64,000 nucleotides of DNA from Isurus oxyrinchus (Eukaryota), in contig JANJGN010000022.1 in NCBI GenBank assembly GCA_026770705.1, forward strand, positions 13,454,001 to 13,518,000, written 5' to 3'. Within the stretch, counting starts at the first letter, position 1. Every line of letters starts with the position of its first letter. A model generated the notes under the pieces. That model had not been told where the DNA came from. It saw only the letters and a list, made by a program, of their open reading frames with translations, and did no database searches. The translations under genes were made by a program, and so were the position numbers. Positions 47,209 to 61,144 of the stretch are shown piece after piece.

Positions 47209-48513
47209 TATTACAAAACCCAACCTTAGTATTGAGATCAGAGGTCAGGAACTTCAACTTCCAACGGACCTTGGACTTTCTGTGCATGCACAGGCCAGCA
47301 GCGGGCTGTACATGCACAGTTCTGCATTTTTATATTCTTCAGGCCCAGGATAGGCCCAACCCACCGCGCATAAAGCAAAAAGGGTGTGAGAAACCCAGAT
47401 CAGGTAACCGGGAATGGAGCACCATGAATGACTAGTGTCTAAGACAGGGGACAGGGAGAGAGAGGTCCCAAAAAGGTCTAGGTAAGGGACCGAGACAGGG
47501 GACAGAAATAGTTAAGTTGAGAAAAAAGGAGCAGAGAAACAGGCTCCAATTTGAGAAAGGTCTATGGGGATCAGACTTTAAGTAAAGTGGGCTCAGAAGA
47601 AGCCCTGAATATCCAAGAGGGCAGCCAAAGATTGGTGACTCCATGCTGTGGGCCTTTGGAGTAAAAGGTACCCACTTTGGAGCAATAGTGTTCTGCTCAG
47701 TGTGGCCGAAGATCTGAAATTGTGCTTGCGAGTTGCTGCTTGAGTGTAGACTCAGGAATCCGGGTGGCGGCGGGGGGGGGGGGGGGACACAGAATCTCAG
47801 TAGATGAAACTGAAAACTGCGCCGTTGTCAATGCCATCCGAGTCTGGTAATTGAAGAAGGCTCAGGAGAAGGCCTGAAGATCCAAGAAGGCAAGAGAAGG
47901 TTGGTGACTCCATGCTGCGGGCAAAGATACCCCTTTGGAGCAGTGATGTTCTGCTTCCCAGTCCGAAGAACTGAGGCTGTGCTTGCGAATTGACGTGTGA
48001 ATGCACTTGGGAATCCAGGGAAACAATCTCAGAAGTCTAAACTGAAACTCTGAGGTGGGCCTTCATTGAAGCTGTCTGAGTTCGGGCAACCTTTGGAGAG
48101 AATTCCAAAGCAAGATCTTCGAAGGTGAAGGTTGGAAATCCTCGTGGGAAAGGCAATTTCCATGAGTTTGGTTGACTCACGATGTCACTGATGGGCTGGT
48201 TACTGAGAAACCCATGGAAACTGTTTTGGTCATATTTGGCATTTATTGTGTAATGTAGTGTGTTCGACCACAGTTTGCCTGTTAATTCATATATACCTTG
48301 TAATTACCCTGAATGTTAAAGCATAAGATAGATATTGTAAATTGCTTCATTTTTCTGACCTTGTATAGTAATATTTATTTCTGTTTGGAACCTTGTGGCT
48401 TTATTCTATTAGCAAGTGTCTAGAATCTCAAATTTGGTCGACTTTACACAATATGTTTCATTCCCTAAACGGATCTCTTCAGCGACCTAGGGGTCTGACC
48501 TAGAATCATAACA
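47209..48513 (+). mobile_element. Solo LTR (inverted relative of 57791-58827)
   Basis: T(A)TTACAA...TCATAACA, flanked by GTGC and GGGC (4-bp TSD with 1 mismatch). Homologous to the reverse complement of 57791-58827. Confidence 0.7.
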
Positions 48514-51500
48514 GGGCTAAGACATTGATCTTCTTCCTCCAGAACTTTTGGTTCTTTCGACGTCTTGGTAGATGTTCATCACCGATCGAACAACTCAATG
48601 ATCTGTCCAGCAAGCATCAGTCCCCTGTTGGATCGATTAATATGGGCATCACTTAGATCTTTGACTCAAGCAATTACATAATCCAGGAGATGCCAGTGCA
48701 TTGATCTACGGTGTCTTTGTATGGTTTTGTATCTGTCCTTCTGGTGGAAGAGGGTATTTGTCATAATGAGGTGATGCTGAGTACACTGGCAGCAGGAGGA
48801 CACCATGTGCACTGGTTTTTCCCACAATGTTTTTTCTCATGGTTCCTCTCCAGACACCAGCATCAAGTCCAACCTTGGCATTGAAGTTCCCTCGAAGAAT
48901 TATCTTTCTTCTTTTGGCACTGCATTGAGAACTTCATCAAGGTCAGAATAGAACTTTTCCTTAACATCTCCATCAGAGTCAAGGGTCAGGGCTTAAGCGC
49001 TGATGACAGTGGCATATTGGTAATGGTTGAGCTGTAGGTGAGTTGTCATGAGCCTTTCATTTATACAATTGGGGAATTCTGCCAGTGCATCCAAGGTCCT
49101 ATTCTAAATGGCAAAACTGACTCCATGGATATGAAGATCGCTGTCAGTGTTTCCTTTTCAGAACAAGGTGCATCCTCCTGCCTGATCCAGGTAGGCAGGT
49201 CTCACCGAGTGCAGCAGTGCCAATTTGGAGTTTTGGGTGACATTTCTTCTTTCCGGATGGTCACCCTTGAGATTCCAAGTTGCAAAATGTAAAATTTTCT
49301 TTGATCAATAAGATAGTAGTCCTGTAGGATGTGGTTCCCCAGCCAGCAGAGCTCATTTTTAGGGGCACTTTTTCTAGACCCTTCCACATTTGGAGTGAGC
49401 AGAGGGTATCCTGAAGAGGACTGCTCAGTCACAGATCTGCTACTCAAAGACACCTCTGCCCCAACACGGGTGTCCAACAACCTTCATGGCTCTGCCTTGA
49501 CTAGGGACTCTCAGGTTTACTGCCCTGCCCCTGTTGCCAATTCTCCATCACTAAATGGACCTGGTAGAAGCCTGCACGTGACTTTGTTTAAGGTGGGGAC
49601 CCTGGGATGCTGTCAATGTCCACAAAATCTTGACAGATTGGTGTTCAGCTTTTGGTGACATGTCAAAACATGATGATCGGTAGCACCTTGCCATTGCAGC
49701 CTCCTTCTACCTTTTCAGCACAGAGATGGAATCAATGTGTAATATACCTTTAAGACAAATGTTGTAATGGAAGATCACATGATCTTGGTATCCAATAGCC
49801 GAGTAGCATGGGCCCTGTAGTCAGTAGTCCTGAGTTAAGAGTCTGAAGTGTAAAGACAGAGTTTTGAGTTGTAAGCACACATGTGTAGCTGCTGAGTTCC
49901 TTTTCTAAATAAACTGAATGTGTTTCTTCTAAGAATGATTTATTGGTCTTCTCTGTCTATGGTACAAACTCGGTCACCCCGAAACAAGTGTGCAACCCAG
50001 ATTCTCAAGTCCCAACAAGCCAGGGTACCAGATCCAACAAACTGGCGACGAGAGTAAAAAGCAAGAAAAGGACATGAAAGGGCGAGAAAAAGCAAGAAAG
50101 AACAAAGGAAATCAAGAGAACCAAAATCGGGCCATACCTTGCACGGTAATTGTAAGTAAAAAAAAATCTCCATCCTGATCGTCGAAGCAATCCCCTCACA
50201 GCATGCCACAATTTGGAAGACTTGAACCTTTCGATTCAGCCTCGGACGATTGGTCTCATCATGTTGAACGCCTCGCTTTCTTCTTCCAGGCAAACGACAT
50301 TGCGGGAGAGGAGAAGAAGCAAACGATCCTCTTATCCACGTGGGAGTAAGACATATGGATTAATTCGAAATTTTTTGGCACCCAGTGCCCCAGATTTAAA
50401 AAGTTTTGATGACTTAGTGAACCTCACAAAGAATCATTACCAGCCAAAGCCCTCAGTAACGATGCAACGGTTCAAATTTAATTCAAGGAATAGAGCCATG
50501 GGGGAGACAGTTGCTGGTTATGTGGCAAGTCTGAAGCAATTAACAGAAATATTGCGGGTTTAGTACATCTATCAATGATATGCTTAGAGATTGTTTGGTG
50601 TGCAGTGTAAATGAAGATGCGATTCAGAAGAGATTACTGTCTGAAACAAATTTGAATTTTCAGAAGACATTGGAAATTGCTCTGGCAATGGAAGGCGTAG
50701 TGATGGACTCGAAAGCCATACAGGGAGTGCAAAATGGTGATATCCTCCATGTTAGGCAGGGAGCTTCAGCCAAAAAGAGTGCGAAAATACAAGGCTTTGT
50801 TCAGAAGCAGGAAGCAGCCACTGCTAGCAGATAAATAAAAAGAGATGACATAGCATAAAGAGAAAACATGGCATAATGGTAACAGAGGTAGAAGCAGGAA
50901 ACCTTTAATGAACCACAGTTTAGAAATCAAATGTTTTCTCTGTCATCGAAATGGACACCTCATGAGACATTGTAAAGATAGAATCAGGCAGACTTTCAAA
51001 CAAAACCAAAATCCCAACGTGATCTACAGCATTGAAAAACCTGAAGTAATAGATTCAGATATATTTGTTTCTTAATTTAAAGGTAGGAAGAACAGAACTT
51101 ATGTAACCATGAGAGAGAATGAGAGGCCAATCAAAATGGAGGTGGTTACAGGAGGGTCCACTACAGTGATAGGTGAGCATACTTTTAAATAACTGAATCA
51201 TGGGGAACGTAAACTAAATTTGGAAGAAACAGATACCAAATTGAAAACTTACACGGGAGAAGACACACAAGTCAATGATATAAGTAGTCACAGTACACTA
51301 CAGGAGGTCAAACAGTGAAATTACCCTTGATGGTGGTAGCAGATGAGGGACCTAGTATCCTCGGACAAAACTGACTGAAAGAAATTAAATTGGAATGGGC
51401 TGAAATCTTCCAACTGAGAACGAATAGGCTCTGAGAGCTACTATAAAAATATGCCTCAGTCTTCAAGGACAAACATGGAAAGATTGAGGGGCCACAAGCA

Positions 51501-53307
51501 AAAATTCATGCGGATCCAGAGGCAACACCCAGATTCATGAAGGTAAGACCTTAAACAATGCGGGAAAAGGTAGACACCAAACTGGACTGATTAGAAAAAC
51601 TGGGAGTGATACAACAAGTGCAGTTGTCAGAATGGGCATGAATTGTATTTATTCTCAAACCTGACCAAAGCATTTGAATTTGTGGGAATTGCAAATTAAC
51701 AGTCAATAAAGTGGCTAAGTTGGACAGACACCCCACACCACAAATTGAAGGCTTGCACTCTAAACTGGCAGGTGGAACTGCCTACATGAAGCTTGAGATG
51801 GGTCATGCTTATCAACAATTGAAATTAGAGAAGGCCTCCTGGAAGTTTGTCACCATTAATACACACAAAGTGTTGTACCAATCAATATACCCGTTTACCT
51901 TTTGGCGTATCTTTAGTGGCACCATATTCCAAAGAACCATGGAAAATGTACTACAGGGACTGCCCCATGTTGTAGTTTATTTAGATGACGCTCTGGTTAC
52001 AGGACTCACTGAAAAGGAACATTTGGTAAACTTGGGAGAAGTTTTAAAATGCTTTTCGCAGGTGGGAGTGTGTTTGAAAAAAGAAAAGTGCACATTCCAA
52101 GCGAAAGAGGTGACATACCTAGGTCACAAGGTAGATTCACAAGGTCTACACCTAGTTTAGAGAGAGGCACCAGCACCAAAGAATACATGTGAACTCAAAT
52201 CCTTCTTGGAAATGATCAATTACTGCAGACGTTTCTTGCCTAATCTGTCGACTGCTCAAGAAAAACCAACAATGGTCTTGGCAAGCACCTCAGGAAGAAG
52301 CTTTCACAAAAGTGAAACAGTTGTTGCAATAATCATCTACCCTACTAGTACATTTTGACCCGAAGAAAGACATGTGACGCATCACCCTATGGAGTGGGAG
52401 CAGCGCTCTCCCATCGAATGGAGAATGGGTCAGAATGGCCTATAGGATATGTGTCAAGAACACTCAATATAGCAGAAAAGGGGTACTCACATAGAAAAAG
52501 AAGGCTTGTCAATCATCTTTGGCGTTAAGAAATTTCACCAGTATGTACATGGTCGCCATTTTACTATCATATCAGTCCACTAGCCCTTGCTGGGAATATT
52601 CAGAGAAGATAAGGCTATACCACCTATAGCTTCAGCAAGAATACAAAGATGGGCACTGATCTCAGCAGCGTATGAGCATACTTTCATTTATAGACCCAGA
52701 AGTCAAATTGCAAACACTGATGCACTTAGTCATTTGCCCATGCAAGTAAGCGATGAGGATGTTCCAATTCCTCAAAAATTTGTTTAATTATTGAACTTCC
52801 TGGATTCATCACTGATATGTGCTGGACAGATTGGAGATTGAACAGGTTGAGACTCAGTCTTACCCAAAGTACGAGAAGTTCTTCATGGTTGATCACAAGA
52901 ACAGGGATCAGACAAAATGAAATGGTATTTCCAGAGAAAATACAAAATAACCAGCCATGAAGGTATCTTACTGTGGGGAGCACGAGTGGTTGTTCCTCCA
53001 AAAGGACGAAAGCCATTGTTGTCTGAACTTTATAGCACACATCCTGGAATTTCCCAAATGAAAGCTATAGTACGCAGCCTGGGATAGATGGAGAAATAGA
53101 GACCTTAGTGAGAAGTTGTATGCAATGTCAGCAAGTGCAAAAGTCACCTTCAACAGCTCCGTTACACCCTTGGGAGTAGCCAGAGTGTCCATGGGTACGA
53201 TTACACATTGACTATGTGGGTCCTTTCATGGGAACAATGTTTCTACTTATCATTGATGCTCACTCAAAACGGATGGGCATATATAAAGTGAAGTCGTCGG
53301 CATCTTC

Positions 53308-53742
53308 TGTGGCGGCTTAGACAAATAGGGAACCCACTTAGTACTGAAAGGGTTAATGGAGAAATTGAATTAAATGTTTAGGTCTAAGAGAAAAATATTG
53401 CAACCTTGAAGAACAATATCATCTTGTCTGACTACTGTAGGATGAGCCCTGAGACATTCCATGTGCCTCTCTCTCGGGCAGAATGTAATCAAAGTTGTGA
53501 TAACCACAGCTGTTGTGTAGGAACGGAAATTAACTAAAACATGGATTGGTCAGTTAATGTATGCAAATAAGTGGATTGAGATGTGCAAAATTTACTGATT
53601 GGTTGTGAAATGCTTTTAAGCAAATGTTTGTGTATTCTGCTTGGAGACGGCACAATAGCTCTCGTATTGTTCTCACTTGTGCACAAGTAATAAATGGGGT
53701 TTCTATGTATTAATGATGCCTCGGTGTGATTAATCTCCGACA
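53308..53742 (+). mobile_element. Solo LTR nested in the Gypsy integrase
   Basis: TGTGGCGG...CCGACA; 4-bp TSD CTTC at 53304-53307 and 53743-53746; AATAAA near 53688. Confidence 0.8.
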
Positions 53743-54159
53743 CTTCAAGTACAATTGACAAGCTAGGTCAAAGTTTCGCAATTAATGGACTACCAGTAGT
53801 CTTATTAGATAATGGAACATATTTACAAGTACTGAGTTTCACCGATTTATCAGCCTCAACTATATTGCTCATGTAAAAACTTCGCCGTATCACCCTTCTT
53901 CAAATAGACTAGCCAAGACAACGGTTCAAACATTCAAGTCTGGTATGAAGAACTGGTCTGGAAATTCAATTGCAACTAAACTACCATGTTTTCTGTTCCA
54001 TTATAGGCCCACCCTTCATACAACAACAGGTATCATGCCTCTGGAATTATTGATGAAGTGCTATCTCCGATCGAGATTGAGCCTAATTATGTCAAACTTG
54101 GGAGGGGAGAGCGAAAAGAAGTCAGGGAAGTCAGAAAACTGGACATGACTGGCTCAATT

Positions 54160-54756
54160 CACAGAATCACAGTGCAGAAGAGGCCCTTCGGCCCATCGAG
54201 TCTGTACCGACACGTGAGAAACACCTCACCTACCTACCTAATCCCATTTACCAGCACTTGGCCCATAGCCTTGAACGTTATGACATGCCTAGTGCTCATC
54301 CAGATACTTTTTAAAGGATGTGAGGCAACCCGCCTCCACCACCCTCCCAGGCAGTACATTACAGGCTGTCACCACCCTCTGGGTAAAAAAGTTTTTCCTC
54401 ACATCCCCTAAACCTCCTGCCCCTCACCTTGAACTTATGCCTCCTTGTGACTGACCCTTCAACTAAGGGGAACAGCTGGTCCCTATCCACCCTGTCCATG
54501 CCCCTCATAATCTTGTACACCTCGATCAGGTTGCCCCTCAGTCTTCTCTGCTCCAATGAAAACAACCCAAATGTATCCAACCCCTCTTCATAACTTAAAT
54601 GTTTCATCCCAGGCAACATCCTGGTGAATCTCCTCTGCACCCCCTACATGCAATCACATCCTTCCTATAATGTGGTGACCAGAACTGCACACAGTACTCC
54701 AGCTGTGGCCTCACCAAGGTTCTACACAACTCCAACATGACCTCCCTACTTTTGTA
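54160..54756 (-). mobile_element. CR1 3' fragment nested in the Gypsy element
   Basis: LVRPQLEYCVQFWSPHYRKD and MQRRFTRMLPG; CR1 tail; flanking CAATT repeat at 54155-54159 and 54757-54761. Confidence 0.85.
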
Positions 54757-55979
54757 CAATTGTGACAGGACATTTAATGTAGGAAAGAAGGTATATGTGA
54801 AGAATTTTAGAGAAGGACCAACATGATTGGTGAAATAAGTGCAATAACTGGACCTCTTTCCGACCACGTGAAAGTGGAACATTAAGTCATACGGACACAT
54901 GTGGATCATATGAGGAGAAACAAAATGCCCAGATATGATTCCACCAGTGTTTGTGACTAAGTCAACATCTCCTGTTGAAAGAACTCAACTGATTACAGAT
55001 GTGTCTGAAGGGTCGACTGTACCTGAAAGAGTCGAGGAAACAGATTTGCGGGTACCTAATGAACAGCCTGATGATCAGATGACTCCGGTGAAGGAGGTTC
55101 CCATCAGAAGGTGTAGAGCTGAGACATTCTACAGGCATAAGGAAACTCTCAGAAAGACTGACTTTGTAAGTTACTTACCTGTTTGAAAAATTTGAGATTT
55201 TGAGGAAAAGTGTAAAATGTATTCCTGAGTAAAGGGGGAGGAATATAGTAATCTGATGTATAATATACCTTTAAGACAAATGTTGTAATGGAAGGTCACA
55301 TGATCTTGGTATCTATTAACAGAGTAGCGCAGTCTATCTCTGTAGTCAGTAGTCTTGAGTTAGAGTCTGAAGTGTAAAGACAGAGTTTTGAGTTGTAAGC
55401 ACATAAGTGTAGCTGCTGAGTTCCTTTTCTGAATGAACAGAAAGTGTTTCTTCTAAGAATGATCTACTGATCTTCTCTGTTTATGGGACTAACTCCGACA
55501 CCCCGAAACAAGCATGCAACCTGGATCCTTAAGTCCCAATAAACCAGGGTACTGGATCCCACAGAAACACTGTCTTCCTTTGCTTGTACTGCCATTGAGG
55601 ACTTTTTGGACCACACTGTCTGGCATCTCCTGTTCTTCACAATAAGAGGTTGTGGAAGAATAATTAATCCAGGCTGGTCTTTTGGCTCAAGCTGTTTTAT
55701 TTTCAAGACAACTCTTCAGTGCTACTGACTTCCAAATAGCCTCCATACAAAGTGTTCCAGCTGTATCTTTTTATTCTATTTAGATGGGATAATCAATGCC
55801 CAACACCTGTTTAACTAGCAATTGTCTTTAACTGGATGATTGCCACTTTGACACCTCCTTCCGACCTTGCCGCCATGAGTGGCCCTACCAGGAGCTAGGA
55901 CCTCCAGATGGCATCGCTCAAGGGATCGTTGGAGCACACAAGCCTCTCCACCATGTCAAGGTGGTGATCCTCAGAGGGT

Positions 55980-56780
55980 CTCCAATCTATCCACTTTATT
56001 GTAATCACTCACCTCTGCAACAATTCTGGTAAATCTCTTCTTTACCACTCCAAAGCCTTCATGTCCTTCCTAAAGTCTGATGTCCAGAATTGGACACAAT
56101 ACTTCAGTTGGAGATGAACTAATGTTTTATACTTGTTTAGCAGAACTTCCTGACTTTATATGCCTCTATATAAAAAGCTCAGGACCCCATATACTTTATT
56201 AACTGCTAAAGCTTTGTGCAAAAGCACCCGCCACCCAACCCCCATCGGACTTCTCTTTTCTTCACCTCCTTTAAAATTATTCCACTTAGCATATGCTCTT
56301 TATTTTTCCTTCCAAAATGCATTAACTCACTTTTCTGCATTAAATTTCATCTGCTGTATGTCTGCCCATTCCAGCAGCCTGTGTCCTCTTAAAGTCTACT
56401 ATTATCTTTTTCATTGTTTACTATACTTCCAACTTTTGTATCATATGAAAGCTTCAAATTTGTGCTTGAAGCTCTAAGCCCAAGTCATTAGTGTACATCA
56501 AAAACAGCTTTGGGCCTAGCACTGAACCCTGGGAAACCATATATAATTCACAACTCTGTTTTCCTCAACCAATTTTGTATTCATGTATGTACTGCTCCTT
56601 TTGTCCTGGGGCTTCAATTTCACCAAAAAGCTTAATATGTGCTATATTATCAAACATCTTTTGAAAGCCCATTTACGCAGCATTAAATGCATTGCCTTCA
56701 TTCACCCTCCCCATTGACTTACTTAATGTTTTGGTAAGGTAAAGGCAATTTGCCCTTAACAAATCCATGCTGGTCCTCCT
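55980..56780 (-). mobile_element. Old CR1 RT fragment
   Basis: Decayed FQKMFD and QHGFVKGK motifs on the minus strand. Confidence 0.55.
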
Positions 56781-57499
56781 TGGTTCATTGACAGATCCAA
56801 GGCATTTGCTGTGACTCCTAGCAAAAAGCAAGAATGCTTTAATCTTCTAAAAAATCTTAAAGTCTTAGGAAAGTTAAAACAATTCTCCAAGAAATAGAGA
56901 AAAATTACTTCTACTGCAGACTCTGCAATGTCATGTAAAATAACTTGATTTTAATTGAAGTTTATTTATTGTATAGGATAATAATTAATTTTATACATTA
57001 ACACTACCCTTCTTTCACTTCTCCACATATATCTCCAGCTAACCTCATTAAGTACAGATCCATCAATTTCAACAAACATTGCATTTACGTTTAGTTTTGG
57101 CAGTAACTGGACATTAACCACATATAGTTATTGCTGAACATCTAATAATCAAATTATAAGATGGTCCATGTTAACACTGGCATTATGAAAAAGAATATAT
57201 CAAGAATTCTGTTGAAATAATGTTAAATTACTTACAAGCTGACCTGAAAATTCCTGGATCTCTATTAACTGAAATGGGGGCAGGGCTTAATTCAACCAAA
57301 ATCAGAGCAGGCTAACTTCAAAGTTTATATAATGTTGGCAGGACTAGGGTAAGAGTCCTGTCAGCAGAGAAAGGGGGAAGAGAGGGGAAAGGTATAACTT
57401 CCTTATTTAATGGGTTGTATATAACTGCAGGCAATTTAAAGAGTAACTGAATTTGCTGTTCCAACACACATTAACAGCATCTAAATTAGTTGAGGCTAA

Positions 57500-57690
57500 T
57501 ATGGAAGTGCTGCCACTCCAAATTAGAAAAAGGAGGGATGTTAATGTTAGAAGGCCTGGGAATAGGCCAGTATACACAGCTGCATGGGTCATGTGGAAAG
57601 AGGCAGCTGTAGCTAGGTAGGGCCTTGATAATCCCAACAGTTCCCTTGCAGCATTGGAAGAAGTTTCATGATCTTATCAAGTCAGCAAAG
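57500..57690 (+). pseudogene. Very decayed Harbinger Myb/SANT exon
   Basis: MEVLPLQIRKRRDV..WKEAAVA..QHWKKFHDLIKSAK followed by a GT donor. Confidence 0.5.
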
Positions 57691-57790
57691 GTAATAGTAT
57701 TTTAAAATGAGAAATAGAGCAAATAACTGAACCACAGAAAAGCAAATTGGTAATCCCTAGCACAAAAGTGAAGAACTACCTTTAGCGGTG

Positions 57791-58827
57791 TGTTATGAGT
57801 CTGGACTAGGCCCTCAAGTTCTTGGTATGATCTAGTTAGGAACCAGTAACTCCTTGTTTAAGGTAGACAAAGTTTGAAGTCCAAGACACTTGCTAAGAGA
57901 ACAAAGCCACAAGATTCCATGTGTTTTGAACGAACAGAACAAGCTTTACACAAGGTCAGAAAGATAAAACGATTTACAATATCTATCCTATACTCTAACA
58001 ATCAGGGTCACGTGCAAATGAATTTACAGGCAAACTGTGGTCAAACACAACACAATGCACACTAAATAGTAAATGCAACCAAGACAGATCCCACGGATTT
58101 CTCAGCAAACCACCCAGACGTTAGTAAACATTGTGAGTTAACCAATGTATTTGGAACTCTTCTCGCTCACAAGGGATTCCAGTCTTCACCTTTGAAGATC
58201 TCGCTTTGGAATTCTCTCCAAAAGTCACTCCAATTCAGATAACCTCAATGATGGCCCACCTCACAGGATTTCAATTTCATCTCATGAGACTCCATTCCCC
58301 TGGGTTACCAAGCCTGCACTCTAGCTCCAACTCACAAGCATAATTTCAGCTCTTCAGTCGCACCGTGCAGAACACTACTGCTGCAAAGGGTTACCTTTGA
58401 CCCAACGAACCACCGCATGGAGCCACACACCTTGTGCTGCTTTCTTGGATCTCCCTCACTACTTAAAGTCTGCGAAACGCTGCCTTTTTTCTGCATGGAG
58501 CCTCTGTTTTTGCTCCTCTCTCTCTTCTTAACTGGGACCTATCCCTGTCCCCTATCTAAGACTCTTTTTTAGGGACATCTCCCTGTCCCCTGCCTTGGAC
58601 TCTTCTTAAACACCTGCTCCAAGGTCACATGATCTGGGTTTTCGTGCCTTCTTTTCCTTTTCAGACAGGCATACTTGGCCTGTCCTCGACCCGAAGAACT
58701 ACAAAACGCCAAAGTGCGCATACACTACCCCCTTCCAGTCTGCACGTGTGAGAAACTCTCAAGGCCTGCAGGGACATGGAATTTCCAATCTCCATTCGCC
58801 GACAAGGTAAGTCTGGATCTCGCAACA
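57791..58827 (-). mobile_element. Solo LTR
   Basis: TGTTATGA...CGCAACA with a perfect 4-bp TSD GGTG at 57787-57790 and 58828-58831. Confidence 0.85.
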
Positions 58828-60354
58828 GGTGTCATATGGCCATAAATTCCTACACTCAGAAGTAACATGGAAACACATTTCCTGTAATATATGCTAGCAC
58901 ATTGAAGTTCTCTTCCTTGATCTTTATTTCATTTCAATTAGCCTTAATACAATTCACTCCTCAATCCCAACATATTGTGAATGCAGAATCTGTACACTGC
59001 AGTTGCCCATTAATATTGTACATTTCTCTTATAGTAGAAGACAGTACATTATGCATAAGGCACACAATTGGGAAAGAATCTGACATTTAACATCAAATGA
59101 AGAGGAAGCAATCAGAATAATTTGTTTCAAATCTCACCAAGTAGTTGGGTATATGAACGTTGTGTTTGTGAGAATTTATATTTCTTTTTAATACAGAATA
59201 TCCTTCCATCTGTTCAGTAGATATCACTTTTCTCCTGAGATTCACCAAGTAATTGCTAAGATAGAAGATTTTTGAGTTGACTAACGTTAACAGTGTTATT
59301 TTTTTACACAAATGGAGCAAGCTCGGAGGCAATGAAGAAGATTGCTGAAGAACAAAACAATGAAGTCACCCCTAACTCTGGTAAGCACTCATCCTCCCCA
59401 TATCACACACTTTGTCTTGCACACAGCAACTCAGACACCCACTTGAGGATTATAGATAACACTGATGACAAATGACAGGTGTGACACAGAGCACATGGAA
59501 ACAAAATGCAGGTGTGAAAGTGGGACCTGATGGAGTTGAGTATAGACACAAGATATGTCAACTCCTGCACACAAAAGGAAAAAGTGCCAGCAGAGCACCA
59601 GGCACATATAGAGGCTCCACACAACTTTGTTCAATGCGCAACAGATGGTTTGGATAGTAGAATCTACTGATTGCTATGCACCAACTTCTCAGAGGGTTTT
59701 AAATCATTGCAGGGCAGCATGGAGAAAGTAACAGCTGCAGGATAAAATGCCAACCTTTCCTACTTCATGAAAGACCCAGGCAAGGCTGTCAACTCGATGT
59801 GCAGGCACTGAATGAAGAACTGTAGATCTTGGAGCACCACCAGAAGAGGTCAACGTCAATCATAATGCAAAGTATACTGGCTATTCCTCAGAAACATCAA
59901 AGGATATTTGGTTGACTCTCTTTGAGATTTAAAGATCTTTCTGATTCTTTGAAGCTCATACTCACACTAATACTGCTCATCAAAATGCTGTTTTCAGCGT
60001 CAAGGGAGTTGCTGATGTGTGTTTTGATGAGATTGCTTCTCTTTACAGCAGTGGTACAAAGAAACAAAAGAAAAGCTTCGTGCATGTGTCTTCACTGTTG
60101 CAGTAATAGACTGCCAAGAAATCCATGACATGCCTGTCCCAGGTCCATCACAGATCCTGAGAGAAGCACAAGCACCATTCCATCAGGTCATAATATTTTA
60201 CAGTAGCCATCTACTTTCTCAGACCCCAGGCCTTCAAGTGGCATGGAGAAGAAATGTTAGAATAAAAAAGAAAAACTTGCATGGTCACAAGGGATGTGCA
60301 GTGCCAAAATCAAGTAATGTTTCTGCTAATGGCTACAATAAATCATTCATTAGC

Positions 60355-60725
60355 AGGGGTGCAATGGAATAATGGCTATGATAATGGACCAGTAATTCAG
60401 AGGTCTGAATTAATAATCACACCATGGAAACTGGAGAATTTAAATTCAGCTAACTAAATAATCTGAAATGAAAAGCTGGTGACCATAAAACTGCGGATTG
60501 TTGTGAAAACCCATTTAGGTAATTAATATCCTTTAGTGGAGGATATCAGCCATTCTTACCTGGTCTGCCTCATATATATGTATCCAGACCACACTAATAT
60601 GATTGAGTCATAACTGGCCCCTGAAATGGCCTAGGCATACAGTTGTATTCAAGAAGACGCACTTTGGGATGGGTAATAAACGTAGGCCTTGCCAGTGATG
60701 CCCATATCCCATGAATGGATAAGAA
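60355..60725 (+). mobile_element. tRNA-derived SINE sharing its 3' tail with the local CR1/L2-clade LINE
   Basis: Homologous to 62408-62797; tail gggatgggtaataaacgtaggccttgccagtgatgcccatatcccatgaatg. Confidence 0.65.
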
Positions 60726-60879
60726 AACATACACCCTGTAAAAACCCCTGCTCCGACAAAGGAGCAGACTGATTTCAGTCCACCTGCAACACTGGAATTG
60801 TCTTCTCTTTTCTTTCATTCCACCTCAACCACCAAAAATAAATATGAACTTCCTCCAGCCACAAACTGTAGTAAAATTG

Positions 60880-61050
60880 GCATAAAAACAGAAAAGGCAT
60901 CATCTGTGGTGAGAAACGTAGTTAATGCTTCGTCAGAGGAAAACTCATCCACCTGAAACTTAACTTTGTTTCTCCTACCAGACCTGCTGAATAATTTCAG
61001 CAATCTCTGTTTTTAATTCAGATGTCCAACATCCAGAGTATTTTTTTCTT
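60880..61050. mobile_element. Old Penelope pLTR inverted remnant
   Basis: aaaaacagaaaagg...gttaatg followed by cctgaaacttaact...cagacctgctgaa...tctgtttttaattcagatgtccaacatc. Confidence 0.5.
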
Positions 61051-61144
61051 GTGGGTAAAACGTTGTGGGTGGTAGAGTGAAATGAATAACGAATAAGCAA
61101 CCCATTTTGCGTCCTGCCTTATTTTCTTTATTGTTGATTGCAAC

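Larger units (their letters stand above)
49724..55563 (+). mobile_element. Full-length but decayed Ty3/Gypsy LTR retrotransposon
   Basis: Paired LTRs ~49724-50039 and 55244-55563. PBS TGGCGACGAG at 50043. PPT AAAGGGGGAGGAA at 55231-55243. Gag (QRFKFNSRNR..GETVAGYVASLKQL; CFLCHRNGHLMRHC), protease (MEVVTGG), RT (VYLDD), RNase H (ARIQRWAL) and integrase (RLHIDYVGPF, SPYHPSSN). Confidence 0.92.
46340..55975 (-). mobile_element. RTE-clade (Expander/BovB-like) LINE with its 5' end, split by a solo LTR and a Gypsy element
   Basis: 5' end GGATCACCACCTTGACATGGTGGAGAGGCTTGTGTG...CCTGGTAGGGCCAC (55970-55880). Endonuclease motifs EKFYSDLDEVL, GNFNAKVG and RSMHWHLLDYVI (48650-49000). Linker and RT start at 46340-47200. 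Confidence 0.7.
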
